This document shows positions 45,573 to 59,841 of a stretch of 64,000 nt of DNA, piece by piece. The DNA lies in the NCBI GenBank assembly GCA_964016885.1, contig OZ024741.1, positions 292,268,001 to 292,332,000 on the forward strand, in the 5' to 3' direction. Position numbers and translations under genes: made by a program. The stretch is from Eledone cirrhosa (Eukaryota). The notes under the pieces were generated by a model. The model was not told where the DNA came from and did no database searches. It saw only the letters and a list, made by a program, of their open reading frames with translations. Every line of letters begins with the position of its first letter. Position 1 is the stretch's first letter.

Positions 45573-46078
45573 TTGCTGTTTCAACATCTGCCTATGTGTC
45601 TGTCTATGAAACCATATGTCCCTCTGTCTGAGTGTGTGAGGGAATAGCTACCTACATACTCACCAATCTACCCAAGGCCAGCCATCCACCCACTTACCTA
45701 CCTATTCATCTATCTACCCACCTGTTTACCTACCTACCTATCTATCTACATACATGTCTATCTATCTATCTACCTATCAACCTACCTAAATGACCATAAT
45801 CTTTCTTTTTCCATTCCCCCCTACTCTCTCTTCTGGATCTCATTTCTAGCTTGCTCTTTCTTCTTCATCTTCTCCTCTTTTTCTCTCTCTCTCTCACCCA
45901 CCTTCATCCCCTCCCACTCACCATGACAACCTGATTCCCACCTACACAATGTGATTACTAGTATCAATATGCTAATATGGAACATTAGGGGAGAAAACAG
46001 TAAGAAAACAGAACCAAATATATATTTATATATATATATACACACACACAAACACATATATATGTATATATATATATA

Positions 46079-46113
<35 letters not shown>

Positions 46114-46772
46114 AATGACGGATTCATGTTGTGAATAGTTAAATATAGCAATGACAGTGTGACAATGATAACGATGACGGTGTGATTACTATGACAGAAA
46201 AAAATGATGTGAGCACACACATGCACACACTCACACACATACTCATACATGCACATGCAGACACACACGTGCACACATCTCACACACACTCATACTCACA
46301 CGTATACACACAATTCACTCCTCCTATACTTGCTGACATGATATGATAAAGATATATTTCAGAGATACACCACAGCAAGAAGTGAGATAAAAGGCAAACA
46401 AATTAAACAAATTCATGAACAGTCAGTCACCTTAAAAAGCAATGGTGTTGATATAAAAGATCACAGACGCACACATGCATACGTGCACACTTATGCACAT
46501 ACACACAGACATATATACAAACATGCATAAACATATATATACTTACACACACATAAACCACTCCTATCAATGCTGATATAGTAAAAAATATATTTGAGAA
46601 ACAAATCAGCAAAAAGGTAGAAGAAAAATCTACAGGTAATACTATGAAATTGCACCTTAAAATGTGATGACAGTATTGTTGACACATTTATATATATATA
46701 TACATATGATCCACAGGTGATGATAGTAATGATCACACACACACAGAGGAACCATTCCTATCCTTGAGAGCT

Positions 46773-47095
46773 ATCATCATCATCATCATCACTGTTTAAC
46801 CAGCTATTTTCCATGCTTGCATGGGTTAGATGGGTTGTCAGATTACGAGACAAATTAAGTCAGGTGACCATGTGCTCATACAGAACTATATCTGGCTTGG
46901 TTTCTATGATTGGATGCCCTTCCTAAGGCCAAACATTTTACAGCATGGACTAGGTGTTTTTTTTAGCATGGCACCAAAACGACCATCTGACAGTGTGGAA
47001 TGACTGCTTTTTAATCGTGATACCAGCACGACAATCTACAGGGTGGACTTGGTGCTTTTTGTAGTGTCACCAGCATGGCCACCATTACAGAGCGC
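46773..47095 (-). mobile_element. RTE 3'-UTR fragment
   Basis: Matches 25141-25400 and 53380-53650; (GAT)n tail. Confidence 0.65.
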
Positions 47096-47573
47096 ACAGC
47101 AAAATTAAAGAAATTGATAAATCTTCATAATTTCAAAAACTGGCACCTTAAAAGACTCTTATGTCTGGAGGGGGGTGGCAGGACCATGTTGGTTATTTCT
47201 TTTTGCAGTTTTATAGGAAGTGGACTAGAATAAGATTGAGTGATATTCATGTCTAACTCAAAGATAGGCATATCTTGCATTTTGTGTTCAAATCCTGCTG
47301 AGGTCAAATTTACCTTTGATCTTTCTAGAGTCAATAAAGATTAGTTTAAGCTGGTGGACTAGAGAGTCAGAGTTGTTAGTTATGTTAAATGGGAAGCCTT
47401 GCCATATTTGTTTCAGTTCTTTATATTCTGAGGTCAAATCCTCTTATTGCTTACTTCGGTGGTAGACTTAATCCATCAAGTTCTTTAACACCATTAACAC
47501 CTGACTCTTGGCTGCCTTTAGGAAAGTTCACTTTATTGCACACATTCAGGCAACGTGTTTGGCTTAGACATAC

Positions 47574-47639
47574 CATCCTCCATCCCAACAATCCTGAAGG
47601 CCTTGAAAAGGGTCATAGATACGGCCCTTTCCTCATTAA
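47574..47639 (-). CDS. Candidate 66-nt internal coding exon of an unidentified host gene
   Basis: tttactgctcag|TTAAT...GGATG|gtatgt; only open frame is xNEERAVSMTLFKAFRIVGMED; phase 1-1. Confidence 0.3.
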
Positions 47640-48509
47640 CTGAGCAGTAAACGTGATGAAAAATACTTTAGCTCTTTAGCCCTTTTGATACCAAACTGCC
47701 TGAAACCACTGCTGGTGCTACAATATTGTTTGTTTTAAAATGTTTATGTTTATCTAAAACCCTTCCATCATAATTTCATGTTAGACTCTTTATGCTATGT
47801 CCCAAATACCTGTTGAATAATAAGAAAGTTAGTTATATGACTAGGTACCTTGAAAGATTTTGTTATTTGAAAATCATAGACAATGTTTTTAATTAGAAGT
47901 ATGCTAATGAAAGGTTTAAGGAGAGTCAAATCAGACATCAAATTGGAACTAAATGGAACTTGACTCTTAGGGGAACAAGAGGCTCAAGAATGCAGCTCAG
48001 AGAGAAAAATCTGCAAGCTGAAACCAGAATATTTGGTACTACATAACATAATGTAACATTCAATGGAATGGAACTTCTTAACTACAGAATAGAATGATGA
48101 AGAAAGAAAGTATGAAGAATTGTGTGGAATAAATTCTATGATTGATTAAATGTCATGTGTTAAAAAGCTGACATCAAAAGATGCCATCAATGTTGGCCAT
48201 TTCCTGGCAGAATACCTCGTAATAATATACACTTATATATTCATTGCTCCATATTCATATATATATATGTAGGTATGTGAATGTATATATATATATATAT
48301 GTGTGTGTCTGTGTGTATGTAGATGTATATATACATACATAAAAACAGCTACATCATAGCCACACATATACACATACTTATATATATAAAATATTTACGA
48401 CTGGGAACAAGATGGTAAAAATCGTGACTAGAAATTCATCACCACAATGATACTAATGCTAATATGAATACAACTAATAATAACAGCTACAACGACAATG
48501 ATGATGATG

Positions 48510-48567
<58 letters not shown>

Positions 48568-49415
48568 TAATAATAATAATAAGTGCTGTTATCATTATTA
48601 AGATTAAAATTGCTATCTATTATTATAATTTTCTTTATTTTTATATCTATTTACTATTTTTTATTTTATTTTCTCTTTATTTTGGTTTCTTAACAAGTGA
48701 AGTGGAGATTGGAAAAATGCCATGAGAGCGAAGAGTAGACTTCTCAATGTTCGAATCTTTTCTTGGCCTTCTCTTGAGGTTCTCATGTTTTGTTGGCTCT
48801 CCTTGAAAATATATGTATAATAACCTGAAGGAGAAGAGAATAATTGTTGTTTGGGTGATTGGGAGAGAAAAGTTTGGGTGTTGGGGTGTTGGTCCTGTTA
48901 TGTTTAAAGTTTTAGCTGTTTTACTCTGTGTGTGTCTATGAGTGGATGTGAGAGAGAGATAGAGAGAGTGAGTGAGTGTGTGTGTATGTGTGTGTATGTG
49001 AAGATAATTAGCATTCCAAATCATTGTTGGCATTATGATTTATGACAGGCTCTTTGATGAATGAAGAATTCTTCACAGAAAACAGTTTCTTATGCTCACT
49101 CCATAACCACCCCAAGAAACCAACCTTGCCCCACCCCAAATTACCACAACTCCATCCACCACCATCAATTTAGCAGATGCCAATGGTCAAGGTTCCAATA
49201 TTATAAATGAATGAATGAATAAAATAATGGTGAGAATGAAAGCAGACAAGAATAAAAGAATGGCAAGAAAGAGTATAAAGTATGTGTAAGAATTACTTGA
49301 GAGTGTTTCTGCCCACTTAACTTTTTTGTTTAATGGTCGTGACCTAAATATTTTATTTGCTCACGAAAGATGTATCTATGCATATGCATACACACATACA
49401 CAAACTATATACATT

Positions 49416-49467
<52 letters not shown>

Positions 49468-49635
49468 CATACATATAAATCCATGTATATATACTGTATA
49501 TGTACACATGTATATGCATACCTATATATTAAATGTGTGTGCATATTTATACACATGGTGCTGTTACAGTTACACTGTATTTGTACAGAACTTTATCATA
49601 CACTTCAGCTGCAAGCACACATCTAAATATATATG

Positions 49636-50060
49636 TTAATTAATTACCAAAACATGAGCCTTAATTATATGCAAATTAGAAAACCCATTTCAGAATAATA
49701 CTTGTTTCTACTTTAGGCACAAGGCCAGCAATTACCCAGTGTATTACTGGTACTTTATTTTATCGACCCCGTAAGGATGAAAGGCAAAGTCAACCTCGGC
49801 GGGATTTGAACTCAGATCGTAAAGGGACGTAACTATGCTTGAAAGCATGGCATCCGACCCTCTACCGATAAGCCAATCCACCCAGAATAATACTAAGAGT
49901 GAATGGGTATAAATACCTATCAAATACATGCTTCTGATGTGGTCCAACTAGATCCGAAACTTGATTAAAGATGTTTATCATTTTTTCAATTTATAGGTAA
50001 ATTAGTATTTCCTGGCACGTTTATGTACCTACATATCAAATATGTGTATATTTTTATACT
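49636..50060 (+). mobile_element. Hammerhead-bearing short repeat, interrupted by SINE A (49703-49882, -)
   Basis: Homologous to 58507-58760; TSD cagaataatact at 49691-49702 and 49883-49894. Confidence 0.65.
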
Positions 50061-50899
50061 CGTTGGTGCAGTCTCTGTTACACACTCTGTAGTTATACAG
50101 ATATAAGATTTTGGCTGCTAATGCACTTCAAATTATATACATATGTATATATGCATACACCTATACATTTCATCATCATCATTTAACGTCCACGTTCCCA
50201 GCTGGCAAGGGTTGGACATGCCACCATAGTCAATACTGAGGTAGGGCTACTGACCTCCCAGACAAGCCGAGGGGTCTGTATCCTGCTTGCACACAGTCAT
50301 ATCAAGTACAGAGTAGAAGTTGTGGTGTCTGTTCACACACACTGAAGAGTCCTCCTACCCCTTTGTTTGGAAAGTTTTCTATGGCTGGATGCCCTTCCTA
50401 TCACAAACCACTTTAACCATTTAACATGTAGGCAATGAACACTGTTGTGTCTTTAACAAAATTAAAAGGACCTCTCAGCCCTTTTAGGCATCGTTTCTAC
50501 AGCAGGATGCCCTTTCTGTCATCAACCACCCTTATAGAGTGTACTGGGTACAATTTCATAGTAGCATCACAAGAAAGGTTGTTCATCATAGTTCCAAATG
50601 TAGAGCCCTCTCAGATCTGGTGAGTGGAGCAATATAGGAGGGAGATTGGAAAGAGGGTATGATGGAGTAAAGGGTAGTATTGAGGAGGTGAATAATGGGT
50701 AGAAAGAGTAGCTACTTGGCTGCAATGGGCAGGTCTCCAGTCGGATGGTAACTATCCCCCCACCTCTTACTCACTATTCTCAAAGGCCCTGGTAAAGGTC
50801 ATGTGCATTATCCTCCCTCATGACTATGCAGATTTGCTGTCAAATTAAGTTGAATTTCCAGTGAAACAACAGTGATAACAACAACACTGGATTGGTTCC

Positions 50900-51415
50900 A
50901 TCTCTTCTTCTTCTCCTCTCCTCTTCCTCCTGAGAGGGTCATGTGGGCAGAATTCTCAAACACTCCTTCCAGAGGGTCCTGTCAGAAGCAACTGCTTCCA
51001 ATTGACGCAGCTGAATCCCCAAGTGGGGCCAGCCGAGTTCATGGTTGTTATCCAACAATTTTACTCAGGGTCTACTCCTGGGTCTTCCACCAGTTGGATT
51101 TTGTCTGTAAAATCTGTCCAGTGATTCTTTTCTGAGATTTTTTAACCACATACCCATAATATTAGAACTGTGATCACTCAACTCGGAGAAGTAGCGTCTC
51201 TACCTGGAGTGTCTCTTTGATCTCCATGCTATGCACTCTATTGAGTAACATTCCTACAAAACTCTTCAGAGGAACCCTATTTCTGCCTCTTGTATTCATG
51301 ATCATATTCTTACAGTCATTACCCAAGATTCATGATCGTAGGTAAGGTGTAGTATGAAAACCAAATTGAAGATAGCAAGTTTTGCTTTGACATCTACCAG
51401 CCTTCTTCTGAATAC
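50900..51415 (-). mobile_element. RTE-group LINE 3' fragment (family of 6840-7480)
   Basis: Colinear with 6850-7350. Confidence 0.7.
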
Positions 51416-52339
51416 CAACTCACAAAATTTATACTTTGATATGGACTTACTATTTTGATAGAGTAGAGAATATATTTATAATAAAGTTGTTAATAATTCC
51501 TCAGGCAATAATGGGAGGGGGTATTTCTCTTCAATATTAGACAATGGGAAAGTCATCGAAAATAATATAATTCCACATATAAGTTTATTTTGTCTGTTGG
51601 AATATAAATTCCTAGATTTTATAACTTCACATCGTTTCACTTTCAGCTTCGAAATAAATTAATTCATTTGTAATTTTATATCAAATTTCACTGCAGATTT
51701 TCAACTGCAAAGATACTATCTGTTTCTTACATATACATACACCTACATGCACATACATTCATTTCCTATGTCTCTCTCTCTCTTCCCTTATGTTTGTTTG
51801 TTTCTTCCTTTCTTTTTCTCTATTTCTCTCCATTGCTTTTCTTCTTTTTTTCGCTATTTCCCTTTCTTACCCTCAGTTTTCCTCTATATTTCTAATATTC
51901 CTCTATATATCTATTATCTGCCTCTCTATCGATTTATATTCATCAGTGGGATTTCTCTCTCCTTCTCTCTTTCTTACTCTCTCTTTCCCTATATAATTCT
52001 ATTTCTTGTTTCCCTCCCCAACTTTTTCTCTTCAGAATATACACTATCATGAGCACCAGTAATAATCCATCTCTGTCTACACTATATTACACTCTACCCA
52101 GTGTTGTTACTTCAATCTTAGAAGTATCACTTCCTTGAAATAGAAACTCTAATCAGAATAATAAACTATTCTCCACCCAAAGATTGTCACTATTTTGTTA
52201 TATACATTAATCTAACTTTCTATGATGGAACTTCTATCTTGTCGCAATGACTGATAGAAATAGCAGACAAATCTCCTTCAAAATTCTGCTTCTTTACCTT
52301 CTATTGCTTCAACTTGAAGTCATCTATACCAAAAATGTT

Positions 52340-53275
52340 TAAAGTTATGAAAGTGACAAAGAGTAATAGTACAGCATATTAGGGAAAAAGTCAAATTAAA
52401 CGAGATGCAGTTAGGTTTCATGCCTGGAAAAGTACTACAGATGCCTTCTTTTTAGTGAGGCAACTACAAGAGAAGTTCCTAGTCAAGAATAAGCAACTAT
52501 ATTCAGCTTTTGTTGATCTAAAAAAGGCCTTTGACAGAGTACCTGAATTTATTATCTGGTAGTCCTTAAGGAAATTAGGAGTAAAAGAATTACTTGTGAG
52601 GCTGTGCAAACCATGTACAGAGGAGCTGTTGGTTAGAGTAGGAAGTGAGTTAAGTGAGGAATTCAAGGTGCAGGTTTCAGTTCTTAGTCACTGCTATTCA
52701 TCATAGTTCTCCAGACTATAACAGAAGAGTTTATGACTGGCTGTCAATGGAAACTTCTTCACGTGGATTATCTGGTCCTTATAACTAAATGCATAAAAAG
52801 AACTAGAGAATAAATTCCAACTACAGAAACAGAATTTGGAATCAAAAGGAATGAGGGTAAACTTAGCCAAAACTAAAGTGGTTGTAAGTAGAAAAGAAGG
52901 TGGGAGGACATATGTAGACTGGGGAGAAAGGAAGCAACCATGCTTCGTTAGATGTGCAAATTAAATGTGAGAGAACAGCAGAGCTTGGATGAACTGAAGG
53001 AGAAATTGGGTTTAAAAGGAATCCGAAGTGGTGTGCAAGAGAGAAGACTGCATTGGTATGGACATGGGTGATGATCACTGGGTGAACAAATGCTAGGAAA
53101 TCCAGTAGAGGTAGACCAAGAAAGATCTGGGTAGAAGTAGTCAGAACAGATCTCAAGTTGCTGAGACTCACAGAGATGATGAAGGAATGCAGTGAATGGA
53201 GAGATGCTGTGCTGAAAAGGACCCATCCAACCCATGAAACCATGGAATAATGAACATAAAAATGATGATGATGAT
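52340..53275 (+). mobile_element. Decayed RTE LINE with internal deletion
   Basis: STTDAFFLVRQLQEK..FVDLKKAFDRVP; (GAT)n tail. Confidence 0.85.
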
Positions 53276-53379
53276 ATATATATATATATACATATATATA
53301 TAATAATAATAATAATTGTGAAGACTAAACTTTAATCTGTTATTTTAATATACATATATACAAATATATATATAAATAT

Positions 53380-54610
53380 ATCATCATCATTATCATCACC
53401 GTTTTACATCCATTCTTCCACGCTAGCAAGGGTTAGACGGGTTGTCCTGTTGTGGGCAGTGTCCAGTCGGCTGACCTTGTCTTGCTCATACAGGAACTTA
53501 TTCTGGCTTGATTTCTACAGCTGGATGCCCTTCCTAACACCAACCTCATTTACAGTGAGTGCTGGGTGCTTTTTTTCTGTGGCGCCTACATGTTTACTTT
53601 ACAGTGTGGGCTGGATGCTTTTTTGCCGTGGCACCTCCATGACCACTTTGCAGTGGGAGGGAGTGGGGGCATATTGTCTATATGCTTCAGCTTCGGCTTG
53701 TTCCTGTGGGAAGTTAGGTCTTCTGTATTACTGCATGATGCCAGAAGTTACGGTCGTGTGTCATTGCCTTTGAAAGGTGCAATTGGGTAAGGTCGGCTTT
53801 TATCACCTCATCCCAGGTCTTTTGGGTCTCCCCACTCCGCGGCTTCCATCAACTTCTAGTGCTTTGCACCTTTTTATGTAGCTGTCATCCTACATATGCA
53901 TCACATGTCCATACCAACACAACCTCCTCTCCTGTACACAGCATTTGATTCCTCTTATGCTCAGTCTCTCTCTAAATTCGTTTATGCTTTGCTGTTCGCG
54001 TATATTACTATTACATATCCATTGGAGCATGCAAGCTTTATTTATTTCTAATCTGTGCAAGTCTTCTACAGACAGCGCCCAGGTTTCACTACCATGTAAC
54101 ATTTCTGTTCGTATACGTGCATCATACAGTCTGCCTTTCATTTTGAGAGAAAAGCCTTTTGCAGCTAGCAGTGGTAGTAGTTCCCTAAACTTCTTCCATC
54201 CCGTTCTTACCCTAGTTATTGTACTTTCTGAACACCCACCTCCCCTGCTAATTTGGTCACCTAAGTAGCAGAAGCTGTCTACTGTTTCTACAGAGCCCTC
54301 CCAGAGATTGGTGGTACTTGTTTCCTGTGGCTGTTTGCTGCTTGCTGTCCCAGCACAGCTGCTACATGTAAAGCCTACATTCTTAATTAAGCTTCCTGAG
54401 ATCCCGCTACATCTCGTGTACCCATTGTTTGCATTTGGGGCAGAGAATGGCTTTCCTATCTACACCTTTCCTACATACTGAGCAAGGCCATTTCCCTGAG
54501 GGGATCTGGGTTCTGTTTTCTCATCTACTTACAAGGACCTTAGTCTTTGTCATGTTGACTTTGAGACCCTTTCTTTCTAGTCCCTGCTTCCATGTTTTGA
54601 ATTTCTTCTC
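53380..54610 (-). mobile_element. 5'-truncated RTE LINE with long 3' UTR
   Basis: [38 protein letters not shown]. Confidence 0.9.
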
Positions 54611-54854
54611 TATATACATATATATAAATATACATATATATAAATATATATACATATATATAAATATACATATATATATAAATATATATACATATATATA
54701 AATATATATACATAAATATATATACATATATATAAATATACATATATATAAATATATATACATATATATAAATATATATATAAATATATATACATATATA
54801 TATATGTATATATGTACATACACACATACACACACACACACACACATATATATA

Positions 54855-55044
54855 GGTTTATCCTGGGTTCAATTGGGGGTAACCACAGTAAGTAAGGTAC
54901 TCAATACATAGCAGAGTATAAATATTTAATATAGAAATGGCTTCTACAGGACTAGAACTGTTTCATTCAGAAGAAATCATCAAGAAGCCTTGATGATTTC
55001 TCCCGAATGAAACAGTTCTATTCCTGTCGAAGCCATTTCTATAT

Positions 55045-55050
<6 letters not shown>
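54855..55050. mobile_element. Fold-back pseudo-LTR-like fragment with hammerhead-like cores
   Basis: Palindrome 54923-55050 containing CTTGATGA-T-TTC....GAA-T-GAAAC; related copy at 24165-24295. Confidence 0.55.
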
Positions 55051-55096
<46 letters not shown>

Positions 55097-55117
<21 letters not shown>

Positions 55118-56237
55118 AGAATAGGATGGCTGTGTAGTTGCTAGTTAAGTTAGGCTTAATGGAATGAGAATAAGAAGAAAGCAAGAACGGGAGGGGGTTT
55201 CCTCATCAGTTGTCTAATGGGGGTCTCGGATATTTCAACGCTTTAAAGACAATATCTCTACCCCCAGAGCATTCAATAACTGAGTAAGTTATTGAGAAAA
55301 CTGAGGAGGGAGAGAAGGAAAATAAAAGGGAAAAGAGAAAAAGGGAAGAAAAGAGAAAACAGCAAAAAAAACAACAAACCCAAGAATGTGCAGCGACTGA
55401 AGGCAAGAGAAGCCAAGACCACAGTGGTAACAGAACTTAGGTTCAAAAGTGTGTGATCGAACGAAAAGACACGACTGACCCAAGCGAGTGTAAAGTGAGA
55501 AAAGGACTGCTAGAAGGTCAGGTGAGGGAAACAATGAGGTGGCAGGTAGAGAGAGGGTGAGTGAAAGTGAGAGGGAGAAAGGGAGGAAGAGTAGATAGTA
55601 ACGAAATAGTAAGGTAGAGGGGGAGAGAAGACGGGTTGCAGCGAAACATGATAAAATATATGGAGAATAGGATGGCTGTGTAGTTGCTAGTAAAGTTAGG
55701 CTTAAAAATGGAATGCGAATGAGTTGTCTACTGGGTGTCTCGGTTCTTACTTTCTTCTTATTCTCATTCCAATTTTAAGCCTACTATCTACTCTTCCACC
55801 TCTTTCTTCCTCTCCCTTTCTCCCTCCCTCTACCTGCCATCTCATTGTTTCCCTCACCTGACCTTCTAGCAGTCCTTTTCTCACTTTACACTCGCTTGGG
55901 TCAGTCGTGTCTTTTCGTTCGATCACACACTTTTGAACCTAAGTTCTGTTACCACTGTGGTCTTGGCTTCTCTTGCCTTCAGTCGTTTACACATTCTTGG
56001 GTTTGTTGTTTTTTAGCTGTTTTCTCTTTTTCTTCCCTTATTCCATTTTCCCTTTTATTTTCCTTCTCTCCCTCCTCCGTTTTCCCAATAACTTACTCAG
56101 TTATTGAACACTCTGGGGGTAGAGATATTGTCTTTAAAGCGTTGAAATATCTGAGACCCCCAGTAGACAATTGATGAGGAAGCCCCCACCCCCCACGTTC
56201 TTGCTTTCTTCTTATTCTCATTCCATTTTTAAGCCTA
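55097..56237. repeat. Inverted duplication (~450-bp arms) with short direct repeat
   Basis: 55155-55600 vs 55780-56236 are reverse complements; ggagaataggatggctgtgtagttgctag at 55097 and 55662. Confidence 0.85.
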
Positions 56238-56689
56238 TCATCATTCAATATATATATATATATAAGCACTCAACCATAAGGTTGTGAGTTCTATTCCTGG
56301 GCTGGAAGGCATATTGAGTCTTTGAATAAGATGCTTTATGAACTGCAAAGTACATTCACATACACAATTTTCATTGCATTTGGCACTTTAAACATAAATA
56401 TTTTTTAAAGTATAGCAGGAATATTTGTTCAGCAGAATCTATTCCAAGACTCCATAAACAAGAGTTTTGAGCAATATAATTCAATATATTTCGCAGGCTA
56501 ACTGAATAACAACAGTTTATGTTTGTTTATTAAAAGAAAGAAAAACAATTTTTATCCCAGTAAAATATATATAATATATAGAAATTTAACATAATATATC
56601 ATGTGAGTATATATGTATTTGAAATACCTTCCAAAGCCATTCTATGAACAAACATTTAAGTTATATTCCAAACACTAATTCAATAATGG

Positions 56690-56900
56690 ATTCTGATTTA
56701 GAGCACAAGACCAACAATTTTGGGGGGAAGGAAAAGTCAATTAAATCGACTCCAGTGCATTGCTGGTATTTTATTTTATCGATCCCATAAGGATGAAAAG
56801 CAAAGCTAACTTCGGTGGGATTTGAACTCAGAATGTAAAGGACCATAACTCTATGCCACAAAGCTTGTTTTCTGATGCTCTACCAATACTGCCAAACAAC
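56690..56900 (-). mobile_element. SINE family A (longer variant)
   Basis: Core ggatgaaaagcaaagctaacttcggtgggatttgaactcag; another degenerate copy at 59029-59170. Confidence 0.8.
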
Positions 56901-57682
56901 CAGACTAAACACTAATTTAATCATTTAGCATTTACATAACTCTATATATACTATTGTATTTTTGTGGTCAAGTCTTTATCTTACATAATTATCTCACATA
57001 ACATCTAATCTCCAAGATTTTGATGTTATTTATTTTGAGAACAATACTTTAACATCAGTATGAACAGCCAGTTACAATCAGTTTAAAAAGAAAGAGTTGA
57101 GAGAATTCTGGCCAGATACGGCCAGTTTAAATGCTAAATGGTTAATAATGAAAAAGTTAGTTATATTACTAAATCAATACAAATTTTTGACAACTTTCAA
57201 AATTATCTGAAAAATCATAGGCAGTGCCTTTCATTAGAAATATGATAACAAGTGAGTTAATAAGGATTGAGAGAGAAACTGATAATGTGTTTATATTTAT
57301 GGAAACTAGCCATAAATATTCCTAGAGACATTTCTGAAGAAGCATTATCTAATTGCCTATTCTAAAGCTGACAATTTTATTTGAGTTGTCTCCACCTGGA
57401 TTATTTCTTGTTACTATCAGAACTATCAGAAGCTATTTAGAAGTATTGGCAGGTTCCACCATGTACACATTCTCCTATTGCTTTTCATTTACTTCGTATT
57501 GTGTACCCTATATCCTGTTTGTTCTAGCCATCCAAAGTTATTATATATATATATATATATATACATACAATAAGGTAGACAACCAGTTAGGGTATTGTAA
57601 CTGATAGATCTTGAAGTATCTTGAGGTAAGGATACAACCTCCTGAAGCATACCAGACTACATCTGCTGGTTTAGGCAGAGTA

Positions 57683-57957
57683 TCATCATCATCATCATCA
57701 TCATCATCATTTTACGTCCGCTTTTCCCTACTTGGAAGGGTGGGACGGGAACTAATTCTGGCTTCATTTCTACAGCTGGATGCCCTTCCTAACACCAACC
57801 TCATTTACAGTGAGTGCTGGGTGCTTTTTTTTCGTGGCGCCTACACGGCCACTTTATAGTGGAATGATAGGGACCCCAGTCCCTATCATCTCATTTCTAC
57901 AGCTGAGTAAACTGGAGCAATGTAAAATAAAGTGTCTTGCTCAAGGAAACAACACAT
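57683..57957 (-). mobile_element. SINE family B, 5'-truncated
   Basis: Colinear with 3580-3840. Confidence 0.8.
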
Positions 57958-58633
57958 TCATCACTATATATGTATATGTGTGTGCATCTTGGATTTGATT
58001 TGTGGACTAGGTGGCATTTGTTCTTGAACAAAATACTTTATATTATATTGCTCCTTGTGCCTAGAGTTCTGACCAACAGATATAGTATTAGCAATCAAAT
58101 GACCAGTAGAAAGATAGTTTGCTCAGGCCAATCTGATGATTAGCGTTTATTCATTTCATATATATAAATGGTGAAGTTGATATATATATATATAATAGAA
58201 ATAAACGAGGAAGTTTATTTTAGATATAAATGTCACTTATTTAAATGTCACTTATTTAAATTTACAATGTCACTTATTTAAATTTTCAGCAAACAGGGGA
58301 GATAAACTGACAGAGCCCTGTTTCGTACTTTTTGGTACTTATCTGAAAATTTAAATAAGTGACATTGTCACTACTTTAAAACAATAGCGTATGGTCTTCA
58401 AAATGCTTTTAATTAAGCATACAGTGTATTGCAAAATACACTATATATATTTTCATATATATATATATGTGTGTACATGTGTCTGTGTGTATAATATATA
58501 TATATATTAATTATTAACCAGCATGACCACTAATTATATGCAAATTAGTACTTCCATTTCAGAATAATAATAAGAGTAAGTGGATATTTAAACCCATCAA
58601 ATACATGTTTCTTTGTGGTTGTTTGAATGATAT

Positions 58634-58684
58634 ACATGCCTTCTGATGAGAGTCCAATTAGATCTGAAAATCGATTAGATATGT
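58634..58684 (+). ncRNA. Degenerate minimal hammerhead
   Basis: CTGATGA-GAGTC(CAATTA)GATCT-GAAAA(TCGA)TTA; sister copy at 49926-49975. Confidence 0.45.
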
Positions 58685-59750
58685 TTATCATTTTTTCAAT
58701 TTACAGAGAAATTTGTATTCTCTGGTATGTTTACATGCCTACATATTAGATATGTGTATACTCACACCTATGCTGCTTTCACCAACATTTACCAAAAAGT
58801 CAGTAGAAGTGAATGAAACTGGTATTTAAAATTGGGATCAGCAATAACACATGCGTTCATTGTCCCATAACACCTGAGGGAATAAGAGACATATTGTATT
58901 GACATACGGCTTTTATAGGATATTTTAAAACCTGGCAAAGCCCATATCTGCTCCAGGTTTGAATACAGTATATTTTTTCCAGAGAAGGCTAGAAATTAAG
59001 AGAAAGAGATATAGATGAAGTACTTGAAGGTACTTTATTTTATCAAGCTCAAATGGATGAAAGACAAAGGTAACCTCAATAGAATTTAAACTCAGAGAAC
59101 AGAAAGCCAAAATGAATACCGCAAAGCATTCTATCCAATGTTCTAATGACTCTGCTAATTTACCATCTTCCAACAATTATGAGGAATATATAAATCTAAG
59201 TTGGTTTTCTTTGATTTACCAAAATGATTTACTAAATGCTTCAAAATATGTAAATTATGAAAAAACCCTTCAATTTTTTTTGTTTTGCATTTCTATTCTT
59301 AAACAGTCGTTTTGGATTCAATATTTTGAATGTTCCAAGTTCTATTTGTGTGGACAAAATTTTCAAAAAATGTTTTTTCCCTCTCCTTCCACTGACAACA
59401 TATGTAACAATGGATATATTGTATATATAAAGTTGGTAAACAATTGTTGAAACAAAACTAACCCCAAATTTAATGCCCTTCAATTTTGACAACAGGCATT
59501 TTTTTTTAGCATATGTTATTCAATCTCATAAAGCTGCTACGGGAATAAATGATAAAGATGTGAACAAACCCCTACCATCAACACCATACTTTGCTCTCTG
59601 TAGATATATCTCTCTATATCAATGTATTTAGATCTTTCCATTAATATGTTTATATCATTGTATCTCTCCATCTCTAACATTATCTACATGTCCATTTTCT
59701 CTCCCTCTTTCTCTGTTTGTGTCTATTATTCTGCTGTTTCCATCAAACAA

Positions 59751-59841
<91 letters not shown>

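Noticed and set aside
58265-58370. Additional hammerhead (GTAC..GTAC-GAAAC..GTC on minus strand)
   Set aside because: CTGANGA core absent; counted only as a fold-back
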